From: Promethearchaeota archaeon
Lineage (GTDB): Archaea > Asgardarchaeota > Lokiarchaeia > Sigyniarchaeales > Promethearchaeaceae
Assembly: GCA_016933055.1 (NCBI GenBank)
Contig: JAFGBS010000034.1
Coordinates: forward strand, 90,001 to 122,000
Reading direction: 5' to 3'
DNA: 32,000 nucleotides
The notes beneath the pieces were generated by a model. That model saw only the letters and a program-made list of their open reading frames with translations. It was not told where the DNA came from and ran no database searches. The position numbers and the translations under genes are program-made. Below are positions 8,268 through 17,558 of this stretch, piece by piece; within the stretch, counting starts at the first letter, position 1, and every line of letters starts with the position of its first letter.

Positions 8268-9269
8268 CTAAATATAACACGCATAATCTAACGATTGAGT
8301 CCATAGTTTAGTTGTTTTGACCAGCTCTGGAAACCATTTCTGGCATTCCGCGATTGCAGCTAATGCACCAGTGAGAATATGGGAATTACTATATTCTTTA
8401 AAAAAGAACTCCTCGTTATTGAAAATATAGGACGCGGTTTCAAGGTACCGACACACCGATTGTATCACCTCTTCTTTCCGATACCAATTGGCATTTCGGC
8501 TACTGCGTATCATACTGTATAATCCATCAAGATCGATACAATAGGTCACATCCTTATGCCACAATCCATTTTCATGCTGTAATCGTATGCATTGATCCAC
8601 AATTTTCTCTGCATGTGGCCATTTCCGATTGAACCATTCATATATATATAACATATGAAATACACCTCCTAATTCACGCATCGTGGGATTTCGGATTAGA
8701 CCTAATCGATGAGGAATACCACGAAGATAAAATCCTGAATGGGGATCGGCTTGTTTATCCAACCAGTTAAAATACCAGTTAAAAAATTCATCCTCCGCTT
8801 GTTTTGTCATTGCAAGCATTGCAGGGATTCCGGATATTACATGAGAACCTGGCCAGATAAATGTCCATATTAATCTCCAGTCTCCCGATATCCAGCCTTT
8901 TCTTGCTTTTTCTGATTGTATAATTTTATTTTTCCATGAAAATGCATATTTAGGTGAACGATTGATAAGATGCAAACCAGCGACCGCATATGCACTCGTA
9001 TGTTCTTTATAATGCATTGTATAAGTTTTTTTATACCAACCAGTGATCGGATCTTGGAAACTGTTAATGATCCCAGCCCATTCGTCTTTTTCAATTTCAG
9101 TTAAATTTAAGTGACCAACGATAAATTTCGAAATCAGCATATCCGTGGTTCCATATAAACTGGTGGAGCCATTTTTTTTCCAACTAAAATCTCCAATTCC
9201 CTCACCCGATTTGAACTGCTGCATCCATCGATTTAAAAGTTCTCGTTCGAATTCTCTGAAATCATACAT
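8268..9269 (-). CDS. Hypothetical protein, probable alpha/alpha-toroid (prenyltransferase/terpene-cyclase-like repeats)
   Basis: Spaced QW-like repeats FQDPITGWY, QADPHSGFY, LQHENGLW; STSLYGTTD near the N-terminus; no signal peptide. Confidence 0.55.
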   Translation of the reverse strand: MYDFREFERELLNRWMQQFKSGEGIGDFSWKKNGSTSLYGTTDMLISKFIVGHLNLTEIEKDEWAGIINSFQDPITGWYKKTYTMHYKEHTSAYAVAGLHLINRSPKYAFSWKNKIIQSEKARKGWISGDWRLIWTFIWPGSHVISGIPAMLAMTKQAEDEFFNWYFNWLDKQADPHSGFYLRGIPHRLGLIRNPTMRELGGVFHMLYIYEWFNRKWPHAEKIVDQCIRLQHENGLWHKDVTYCIDLDGLYSMIRSSRNANWYRKEEVIQSVCRYLETASYIFNNEEFFFKEYSNSHILTGALAAIAECQKWFPELVKTTKLWTQSLDYACYI

Positions 9270-9392
9270 AGTTATGGAATTACAATCGTATGTTACAATT
9301 TAGACTTTTTTTTAAAAATTCATAAGAGAAGTCATTTTAAATGTCTTAAAGTAGAGTGTGTTAATAGTGCATTATTATAAGTTGGTGTTAAT

Positions 9393-12185
9393 ATGATGAA
9401 AAGAATAACTCCACGAAAGTTAACGATACTTAGCGTTGCGATGATAATTTCTATGTTAGTATTGTTTAGTAATGGAAATTTATTCGCTAACGCCCAATCC
9501 CTCAATAAAACAGATGTTCTCTATATAGGTGGAACCCAAGGGAACTATATGGGAGACGTTGTCGGGATTGACAAAGAAAATATCGCGGTCACTATGGGTT
9601 CGGCATCCGATTTAACGAGCGCGGGTCTAACAGGAATTGATGTTGTAGTATTAAATGATGTGAACCTAACTACTGATCAAATCACTAACTTGACAACTTG
9701 GGCAGCTGTTGCGGGACATGGAGTATTTATAATATTGGGGAATGATACTCTGCAAAATAATTATCTTACAGCGTTTGGATTCACGGACAAGACCAGTTTT
9801 TCAGACAATACAGACCATACAGTTGTTGATCCTTTAAATCCTTACCACGGTCTATCCAATACAGAGGGATCCCTTGATAATACTCCCTTTAGAGATATAG
9901 TATGGAACACCGCGCCTGAAATTTATAATTTCTCTCAAGTATCGCTTTTAGCGGGAGCAACCTCGTTTGTGAATATGAGTTGGTCAGATGATCCCTCAAT
10001 TGTTACGAATGAGACCTTAATTGCGGGTGTACAATACGGTGCTAGTTCAAATACTAATGTTTACTTGTTTACCGGTTGGTTCCAAGACGATTTCAAATCC
10101 ACATCCGCCAACGAACATTTCATGCTATGGCCGTATTTTAACTACATGGTGTTCAATACCATACAGATGTCTACTGGCTTAGATCACACCGAATATGAGG
10201 ATTGGAAATATAGTCCTGTTCCTCATTTGATTTCCCAAATTGTGTTAGGTGGTGTTGTCGCGATCGCTGCCATTGTTGCAATTACTTTTTTCGTCCGTGC
10301 ACGAAAGAGGAAAAGTGAAGCAAGTAACCTATTAGTTTCAGAAGACTTATCCAATGTGAAGGTATTAGAAGTCGAAGAAAGTACGCACCAAGAAGTGATT
10401 GTAGAACGCAGAATTACAGAAGCAGAAGTTCATATTTCCAAGGAAAACAGATGGGAAGTTGTCGGATTTCACCGACAGATAAGTGGCTTTTTCAAGTTGT
10501 TCTTCGTCATGATTCTATTATTGATCCCCCAACTGCTAGTTACCTCAATTGTAATGCCAAATTGGATACAACCTTATCCCCAAGCAAGTGGATGGTATAG
10601 TTATACACTCAGATTCTTTGAAGCAATATGGTTAGTATTCGATCTGGGCTTTAACTACGCTATAACGAAGAAGTTCGCTGAACACCGTATTGAAAATCCC
10701 CGAAAGGCCTATCACTACGTCCAACTTTTTGTGTGGTGGGAGATCCTTTCTGGAGTCGTTCAACTTCTGATGTTTACATTTATTGGTGCCATAATATTCC
10801 CACAGACGGACTTTTCTTATCTTTCGTGGATGTTCATCGTTCATAGCTTGATTCAATTTCCGGGGATTTTCCTAGTCTTCCAATACTTTTTCTCTGGATT
10901 ACAGCGCTCGGATCTCGAGATGATCGCATTCGCACTTCAATATTTTGTGCTACGTCTTGTTCTCCAAGTTGCGACCGTTCCATTATTCAAATGGATCTTC
11001 GGGAATTTCATAATGTACGGAGAAGCCTTTGGTGCCGGAGTAGGGCTCCTTATCGGGCAGTTACTAGGCGATGTAGTCTTATTTGGTATAACTATGAAAA
11101 TGTATAAGAAACTTGGATTACCTATAGGACCCGTTTTTGCTGCAGAATTCTCGAAAGAGGAATTCAAGGAAACAGCATGGTTTGGATTTAAGATGGTGAT
11201 CGGTAATATGTGGGTTCCTCTGGTATGGATGCTCCAAGTATTCTGGGTTGGAAGATTACTACCGAATAGTTCTGCTGAGCAAGGTTATTTTGAGCTTGCA
11301 TTTACAATCTCCACGGTCCCCCAAGCAATCTCACTTCTAATGAATGCAATGATTGGAGGTCTGACCGAGGCACACACCTACAAAAAGAAGAACCTTCTTA
11401 ACTATGTCTCGTATTCTGGTACTAGGTGGGGGAGTATTTGGACGTTTTTCCTGGCTAGTACATTCCTTGCGATAGGGCAGCCTTTTATATTAGGTGCCAG
11501 TGGTCCGAACTGGGCACGAGCTGCTGCATTAATGCCATGGTTGATGGTGTATCGTATGTTAGGTCCAATATCTTGGCAAATGGATTTTGAGTTTGCTGCG
11601 GCAGATAAACCCGCACTAGCTGGTCTTGCATGGATTGTTGAGCAAAGTATTAGGGGAGTATTAACGTGGACTTTATTGTTTTACATGCGTACCATGGAGG
11701 CAGTAATAATAGCCTATATAATTAGCCTTGGAACTAAAGATATTTTAGTCATCATACTAGTTCGACTGAAGATCCACAAATGGGATTGGAATTTATGGAC
11801 TGCATTTATTGCCCCCATTCTTGCAGCTGGTGTGAATTTTGCAATTTTGTACTTTGGGGTTGTATACCTATTTGTGGATATTCTTTTCGGAATTGGAATC
11901 CTATCGGCAATGCTGCTATTTGTTGTGGGAATGTTTATGATGGAATTCGTATACTCGTTCTTCCTAGGGTTATTAGGGGGGTTCGATGACAACACACTCA
12001 AAGAACTTGATATGGCAACAGATATGGTTACTGGGGTTCGTTTCTTCGCACGAACCTATTATTGGATGGCTTACGCTGGATGCAAGATTTCACCATTACA
12101 TAATCAATTCCCGGTAAAAGTATACGAAGCTGCACAAAAAGAGGCGGAAGAATTAACCCAAATCAAAAAGAAGATCGTTCTATAG
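9393..12185 (+). CDS. Fusion: signal peptide + extracellular GATase-like/flavodoxin-fold domain + TM + MOP-superfamily (Wzx/MurJ/Rft1-like) flippase
   Basis: Signal peptide ending ANA; DVVVLNDVNLTTDQITNLTTW...GHGVFIILG pattern; 7 N-x-S/T sequons in the ectodomain; C-terminal ~570 aa highly hydrophobic with FDLGFNYAITKKFAE (Wzx-like DLG motif). Confidence 0.72.
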   Translation: MMKRITPRKLTILSVAMIISMLVLFSNGNLFANAQSLNKTDVLYIGGTQGNYMGDVVGIDKENIAVTMGSASDLTSAGLTGIDVVVLNDVNLTTDQITNLTTWAAVAGHGVFIILGNDTLQNNYLTAFGFTDKTSFSDNTDHTVVDPLNPYHGLSNTEGSLDNTPFRDIVWNTAPEIYNFSQVSLLAGATSFVNMSWSDDPSIVTNETLIAGVQYGASSNTNVYLFTGWFQDDFKSTSANEHFMLWPYFNYMVFNTIQMSTGLDHTEYEDWKYSPVPHLISQIVLGGVVAIAAIVAITFFVRARKRKSEASNLLVSEDLSNVKVLEVEESTHQEVIVERRITEAEVHISKENRWEVVGFHRQISGFFKLFFVMILLLIPQLLVTSIVMPNWIQPYPQASGWYSYTLRFFEAIWLVFDLGFNYAITKKFAEHRIENPRKAYHYVQLFVWWEILSGVVQLLMFTFIGAIIFPQTDFSYLSWMFIVHSLIQFPGIFLVFQYFFSGLQRSDLEMIAFALQYFVLRLVLQVATVPLFKWIFGNFIMYGEAFGAGVGLLIGQLLGDVVLFGITMKMYKKLGLPIGPVFAAEFSKEEFKETAWFGFKMVIGNMWVPLVWMLQVFWVGRLLPNSSAEQGYFELAFTISTVPQAISLLMNAMIGGLTEAHTYKKKNLLNYVSYSGTRWGSIWTFFLASTFLAIGQPFILGASGPNWARAAALMPWLMVYRMLGPISWQMDFEFAAADKPALAGLAWIVEQSIRGVLTWTLLFYMRTMEAVIIAYIISLGTKDILVIILVRLKIHKWDWNLWTAFIAPILAAGVNFAILYFGVVYLFVDILFGIGILSAMLLFVVGMFMMEFVYSFFLGLLGGFDDNTLKELDMATDMVTGVRFFARTYYWMAYAGCKISPLHNQFPVKVYEAAQKEAEELTQIKKKIVL

Positions 12186-12199
12186 GATTCAACCATTCA

Positions 12200-12218
12200 T
12201 TTTTTTCTCTTTTTTCTT
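12200..12218 (+). terminator. Oligo-T archaeal terminator candidate after the flippase fusion
   Basis: TTTTTTTCTCTTTTTTCTT beginning 15 nt after the stop codon. Confidence 0.55.
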
Positions 12219-12305
12219 CATAGAATTCATAAGCTAGATTTAATTATAAAAAACTCAAACTATATTGTAGTTCAACTCTTCTATTTTACCGTTCGGGTTT
12301 GTTTC

Positions 12306-14081
12306 ATGAGACGTGATCCCTATTTGATAAAAAAATCAGTGTATTTATTTCCTGCAATAGAAGTCTCTGTAGATGTAAATGCACTTAAGCTATTACATAT
12401 AATAATTGACCTCAGAACTCAACCGACTGTATATTTCAACGGAAAAGAAATTTTGAGGGTAAAAACTCAAGGATTACGTTATAAATCTGAATGGTACGGA
12501 GATTGCATTGAATTTATGGATCCTATCGAAAACACCTCTTTTTTTCTCGGAATGTATAACAATTGCTTAGTGTGCAAGGGAAGCTTTGATTGTATCCTTA
12601 ACCAGAAAAACTTGCAAAGATTGAAAATAACCAATTATGAATTCCCAAACGGTAATATTCTTATACTACCGGTAAAAAAATACGAACCAAGCTACGACAT
12701 CAAAGAATTAATTACAGTTTTTGATAAAATCGAAGATTTTTTTCAACCCTCCTATAAATGGAAACATAATGCTCCAATATTGAAATTAGAAGGATTTAAT
12801 TACCTATGGGCTGATTCGTGGGTATTACATCGTATTAACACATTTTATCCTGAAAGACATCTATCAACGAAATGGATATGTGCATGCCGAAATTCCTCCG
12901 AATTGTCGAATAAGATATCTGTTTGGGATACGGTGCATATAATAGAGGATCTGAAATTCTATGATTTAAAAAGGGCTGAAGAGCAATTACGCATTCTAAC
13001 CGATCTATATAAATCCAAACCAGAAGAAGTATTTCCCCCCATAATCAGTTATAGCATTATTGAATTATCCAAACTCGTTGGAGATAAGAACATCTGTAGT
13101 AATTCCATGCAATGGATGGATGAAAACCTTATGTGGTGGGAGAAATATCGTTATTTTTCCGACGTAGGACTTTTTGGATATAAAGACATGCGAGTGGAAG
13201 ACATTGCGCAAGAAACTGAGCAAATAAATTCACCACGCTGGCATTACCAATATAATGGTGAAAAATGGAGGAAGTTGCCATCCAAAAAAACCCGAAATCT
13301 GGTATCTGTTGATTTAAATGCACTTATGGCAGACTATTATCAAAATCTTGGAGTGATTGCATTAAGCAAGGAAGATGAGTCTTTAGCACGTGATTATTTT
13401 GATACGGCAGAAAGATTGATTAACGCAATGCATGAAGTCCTATGGGATGATACTGAGAAATTTTATTTTGATTATGACTTGGAAACCAATTGTATTCAAC
13501 CCATCTATACTTCTTCTAGTTTCTGGAGTCTATTTGGAGGGTGTGTATTCAAACAAGATTTGAATTCTTACATTAAACACTTAACCAATCCTGCGAAATT
13601 TTGGGGCTTATCCATCCCGAGCATTGCGTTTGATTCTCCATTTTATTCGCAAAATTTTTGGGCTGGACCCTCATGGATCTCTTTAAATTATTTTATTATT
13701 GTAGGTTTAAAGAGATATAACTTAGGTTCCCTGGCATCTCAAATAGGACTAAAAGTTCTTAAGTATTTAGAAAATTCCTACTATAACTACAATAAGCTTT
13801 TTGAATTCTATAATCCATTAACGATTTCTCAGCAACCTTTGAAACGGATCTATCGACATACAAGTCCCTATCCCAATTACTTAGGACATGTTCCCATTCA
13901 CGCAATATTTTATTACGGGTTAATGAAGGGTACTCTTTTAGAAGATGATTTCCATATGATACCAGATTGGACCCAAATCAAATCTCAATTGGAATTTGAA
14001 TTATATTATAATAATAATAAAATAATGTTCAAACCCGAACGACTAAAAACCAAAATATTGGAACTCTCACGAGAGCAATAA
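12306..14081 (+). CDS. GH63/GH37-like (MGH1/trehalase-like) (alpha/alpha)6 glycoside hydrolase homologue, catalytic acid apparently substituted
   Basis: YLWADSW, NSPRW, VDLNALM, LWDDTEKFYFDYD, FWAGPSWISLNYFIIVGLKRY, FEFYNP motifs. Confidence 0.8.
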   Translation: MRRDPYLIKKSVYLFPAIEVSVDVNALKLLHIIIDLRTQPTVYFNGKEILRVKTQGLRYKSEWYGDCIEFMDPIENTSFFLGMYNNCLVCKGSFDCILNQKNLQRLKITNYEFPNGNILILPVKKYEPSYDIKELITVFDKIEDFFQPSYKWKHNAPILKLEGFNYLWADSWVLHRINTFYPERHLSTKWICACRNSSELSNKISVWDTVHIIEDLKFYDLKRAEEQLRILTDLYKSKPEEVFPPIISYSIIELSKLVGDKNICSNSMQWMDENLMWWEKYRYFSDVGLFGYKDMRVEDIAQETEQINSPRWHYQYNGEKWRKLPSKKTRNLVSVDLNALMADYYQNLGVIALSKEDESLARDYFDTAERLINAMHEVLWDDTEKFYFDYDLETNCIQPIYTSSSFWSLFGGCVFKQDLNSYIKHLTNPAKFWGLSIPSIAFDSPFYSQNFWAGPSWISLNYFIIVGLKRYNLGSLASQIGLKVLKYLENSYYNYNKLFEFYNPLTISQQPLKRIYRHTSPYPNYLGHVPIHAIFYYGLMKGTLLEDDFHMIPDWTQIKSQLEFELYYNNNKIMFKPERLKTKILELSREQ

Positions 14082-14239
14082 ACCCACTTTCTACCCATTT
14101 AGATAGCACAAATTTAACCGTTTTTTATACTTAAGAATATGAATCCTTTTTAATAATCCGTTACTGGATTTTATGTAACATAATTGTTAAAATAGAGGTT
14201 ATTCAAATTTCTGAATCCAATAGGAAAAAATATCCATAT

Positions 14240-14500
14240 TTGATTATTCATCTTGATATGATGTTTAATATGGGTATTCTTGCTGCTGTGCTTTGGTTAA
14301 ATATCCCCGGTATTGGTGGTCCTATTGCTGGAATATCGATCTTAACACTTATCTTTCTATATCCCTTTATCGCCCTCAATAAAAGATCCCGATTGAACAT
14401 GTGGTTAGATGAAATTGCTCATAAAATTAACATGTGGTCGTTAACATGGTTTAAAAGAAGAAAAGAAAAAACTCCACTCAAAATCTCAGAAACTGAATAA
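14240..14500 (+). CDS. Small hypothetical membrane protein (about 2 TM)
   Basis: Hydrophobic N-half and basic C-tail; fills an otherwise empty gap; ATG at 14258 is an alternative start; 3' end overlaps the ATPase gene by 15 bp. Confidence 0.4.
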   Translation: MIIHLDMMFNMGILAAVLWLNIPGIGGPIAGISILTLIFLYPFIALNKRSRLNMWLDEIAHKINMWSLTWFKRRKEKTPLKISETE

Positions 14501-16219
14501 ATTTGTATCTCCAAAGTGTTCCTTTAATAGTTCTTCCGCTAAAATTTGAGATTTTAATAATGTTCTTACTTTTTCGATAGGGATGGATAATTCATAGAGA
14601 TGCTCATAGGATGTAAGCATTTTTTGGTATTTTTCTCCTTGCGGCTTATCTGGTACAATCAATATTCCATAATCAATAATTGAAGATTCTAAAGCATCAA
14701 TTAATCGCTTCATTGCAAAATTAGCAGCATTACCTGCTTGTTTTTCAAAAGAACGAATGGTTGGAATTTCAAATCCAATAACTTTATGCTTTAAACCGCC
14801 GTATTTTAGAATGGCTCCGATTTTTTTCGTTTTCTCATTCTGTTTAAAGCTGAAATCAATAATAAAATCATACTTGATCTTCTTATCATTGAATTTCTTG
14901 GTAATATAATCGAAAAATACCTTGAATACATTTCCCGGTGAAGGTTCAAGTTCTTCTTCATCCCCTGTATCGACTGACTCATGGGGAATATCAACCAACT
15001 CAAGTTGATTAGTTTCCGGATTAATTACATAGGTTTGATCTAAGTGAGTGTTGGGCGGTTTGTATGTGTAGATGTACCCAGGTCGATTTTTTTGTAGTGT
15101 ATCATAGTATTCATCTAGTTGAGCCTCAATTGAAAAATTAATTTGTTTGATACATTCTCTTTGATTGCCTTCAGTTAAATCATAAATTTCTTTAAGGATG
15201 GACTCAGATAATGGAAAATATATGTCTTTTGGTGAAAGTTTACCGAGAGATGTCCAGAAATGACTCATTCCTCGAATAAAGAACACTTTGAGATCCTCAA
15301 ATGTGAATTTATCAAGATATAACTCCGGTTCCATTCGTTGAAGTGTTGGTCTATCCGCAGACTTCAGTACTTCTGCCCAAACGGGTTTCAAACATGCAGA
15401 AACTATGATAGAATTTCGAGTTTCATTATACATCCGCTTAATATATTCGAAAAATTTCTGCTGTGCTTCAGGTCCAAAGGAACGTAAGGGAGATTCCATT
15501 TCATCAAAATAGAAAATGAGTACTTTCTCGCTAAGATCACAGATAATTTTAATCATCGCTAAGCAAACATCATCTTGCTCGAGAATGGAATGAACTTGCA
15601 GTTGTTTTTGTTCTTCCTCTGTCAAACCCTCACCCAGTAGCCAGCGTAAAGCAAGAGCTCCCTGATAATTTCGAATTCCTTTCAAGCGGAGATAAACTAG
15701 GGCTTTAATGCAATCGGAAAATACTCCGGGAAACGTTGGTAAAATTTTTGCGATTAAGAAGGATGGATTTTCGGTATAATTAGTTTCGCTTAAATCGATA
15801 TTCAATTCCTCAAGGAGTATATCCATAATCTGAATAAAAAAACGTTCATCTGCAATCTCTTCCACTAAACAAGTATAAATGTGGTGAAAAAGGCGATAGG
15901 GGACTGCGGGACTACTTACATACACGGTTTTATAGGGAATTTTGGTTTCCTTGGATTCCTCACGTGATTTTAAAACCCAGTAATAATGCGTTTTACCACA
16001 TCCCGCGTCAGCGACAATGGGGAGGAATCGTGCGGTTTGGTCAATATTCGTGGTTCGAATCAAGCGACTGATATTATAATCTACCACTTTACGATTCATG
16101 GTGATAATATCCAGATTAGGGTCTTCTTCTATGTTATATTTCGAAACCGCACGATTAAATGGCAAAATAGCTATATTTTCCGCAAGCAAAGCTACATTTG
16201 GATCTTCAGCAATCTCCAT
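14486..16219 (-). CDS. AAA+/P-loop NTPase (BrxD/DUF2791-like by motif) with an uncharacterised C-terminal alpha/beta domain
   Basis: Walker A ADAGCGKT, Walker B IFYFDE, ALRWLLGE, putative Arg finger LQRM and sensor-II-like GNQRE. Confidence 0.72.
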   Translation of the reverse strand: MEIAEDPNVALLAENIAILPFNRAVSKYNIEEDPNLDIITMNRKVVDYNISRLIRTTNIDQTARFLPIVADAGCGKTHYYWVLKSREESKETKIPYKTVYVSSPAVPYRLFHHIYTCLVEEIADERFFIQIMDILLEELNIDLSETNYTENPSFLIAKILPTFPGVFSDCIKALVYLRLKGIRNYQGALALRWLLGEGLTEEEQKQLQVHSILEQDDVCLAMIKIICDLSEKVLIFYFDEMESPLRSFGPEAQQKFFEYIKRMYNETRNSIIVSACLKPVWAEVLKSADRPTLQRMEPELYLDKFTFEDLKVFFIRGMSHFWTSLGKLSPKDIYFPLSESILKEIYDLTEGNQRECIKQINFSIEAQLDEYYDTLQKNRPGYIYTYKPPNTHLDQTYVINPETNQLELVDIPHESVDTGDEEELEPSPGNVFKVFFDYITKKFNDKKIKYDFIIDFSFKQNEKTKKIGAILKYGGLKHKVIGFEIPTIRSFEKQAGNAANFAMKRLIDALESSIIDYGILIVPDKPQGEKYQKMLTSYEHLYELSIPIEKVRTLLKSQILAEELLKEHFGDTNLFSF

Positions 16220-16310
16220 GGAAATCGAGTTTTTTAGTTTCCTAGGATTTTAAACGTCACGTAATATGCAGATATATAAAATAAAAGAACACTTCTGGAA
16301 TTACAGAGGA

Positions 16311-17546
16311 TCAACCCTCGGCTTCAGAAGCAATATTGATTAATTTTTTTGTCTCTTCTGCCAGTTCCTTTGGTAAATGGGATGTATCAGCTTCTAGGAA
16401 ACCTCCTATAATTAAGTCTCGGGCTTCATCTTCATTCAATCCCCTACTCATTAAATACATGATTTGTTCCTCAGCTATCTTTCCTACTGCGGCTTCATGC
16501 GTTAATGTGACATTAGGATTAGTAGCATCTATTTCGGGGATAGCATGAATTCGTGCATTGGGTGAAAGTACTAATCCTTGACATTCTAAATGTCCTGTAG
16601 CACCTGATGCGTTACCTTGGATTAAAGCTCGTGCAATTACATGCGATTTTCCTGTTGCAATTATCCGACTTATCATTTCAGATTTTGAATTTTTACCATT
16701 CAAAACAGCTCTGCTACCCACATCAATATAGGAATCTTGTTTTGCATAAACTAAGGTCTGAAAATAGGACTTTGCCCCATCTCCGTTAAGATAGGCAATA
16801 GGATTAGATTGTAACGACCGTACAGGAGACATTACAATATAATTGCTATTGTATACAGATCCTTCCTCTTGAATAATAGCCGTACGTGGCCGTACTTCTG
16901 ATTTGTCCGACCAATAATGAATCATTGTGAACGATATTTTACTATTCTTTTTTAGATAAAATTCGGATACTCCTAAATGTAGAGCTTTTCGGACGTTCGG
17001 ATGAACAGTACATCCGGTGATTAAATTGAGTTCACTTTCTTCTTCTGCAATTATTATATTATGTACAATTTGCTTCATTCCTTCAATGTCCAGAAACAGG
17101 CATGATTGTAACGGAAAAATATCCTTTGCCCCTTTTTTTGCATGAATAAAATATCCCTGCAAATTTTCGGTGAGCTCAGTTTCCGCTGTATATCTATCTG
17201 TATCAACCGACACTGCTTTCCAATAGTAATCTTGTAGCCACTCGTATTTTTCAAGCGCAACGGCGATAGGGAGTACTTCAACTTTATCACTTTTAGTCTT
17301 ACAGAACGCTACTTGATTCCCTGTTTGAATATAGGTACCTGATCTTTCTTTTTGTTGTGGATCTACTCCCACATTAAGAAGAATTTTCTTAAATTCTTCA
17401 TCAACTTGTTCTAGGTCCGAGATTTCAATTTCAGATTGTTGTTCTGCTGAGAATTTACTAAGATCTACGTCCATTTGAGGCGTTCCACTTTTTTTAATCG
17501 TTTTCATGGCTTCTTTTTTGAATTTTTCCCGCAGTTCCTTTGTCAT
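16311..17546 (-). CDS. sufB: Fe-S cluster assembly scaffold SufB/SufD family (SmsB of the archaeal SUF-like minimal system)
   Basis: PLQSCLF, QIVHNIIIAEE, LITGCT, GHLECQGL, AIPEI, LTHEAAVGKIAEEQIMYLMSRGLNEDEARDLIIGGFL; AGGAGG RBS at 17554-17559. Confidence 0.93.
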   Translation of the reverse strand: MTKELREKFKKEAMKTIKKSGTPQMDVDLSKFSAEQQSEIEISDLEQVDEEFKKILLNVGVDPQQKERSGTYIQTGNQVAFCKTKSDKVEVLPIAVALEKYEWLQDYYWKAVSVDTDRYTAETELTENLQGYFIHAKKGAKDIFPLQSCLFLDIEGMKQIVHNIIIAEEESELNLITGCTVHPNVRKALHLGVSEFYLKKNSKISFTMIHYWSDKSEVRPRTAIIQEEGSVYNSNYIVMSPVRSLQSNPIAYLNGDGAKSYFQTLVYAKQDSYIDVGSRAVLNGKNSKSEMISRIIATGKSHVIARALIQGNASGATGHLECQGLVLSPNARIHAIPEIDATNPNVTLTHEAAVGKIAEEQIMYLMSRGLNEDEARDLIIGGFLEADTSHLPKELAEETKKLINIASEAEG

Positions 17547-17558
17547 CTCTTTTCCTCC

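Noticed and set aside
16052-16061. GGTTCGAATC, a tRNA T-arm-like string
   Set aside because: Lies inside the ATPase coding region, with no acceptor, D or anticodon stems around it.
14486-16219. BREX defence island
   Set aside because: Only a BrxD-like motif is present; no brxC, pglX, pglZ or brxHI genes, and no mobile-element context.
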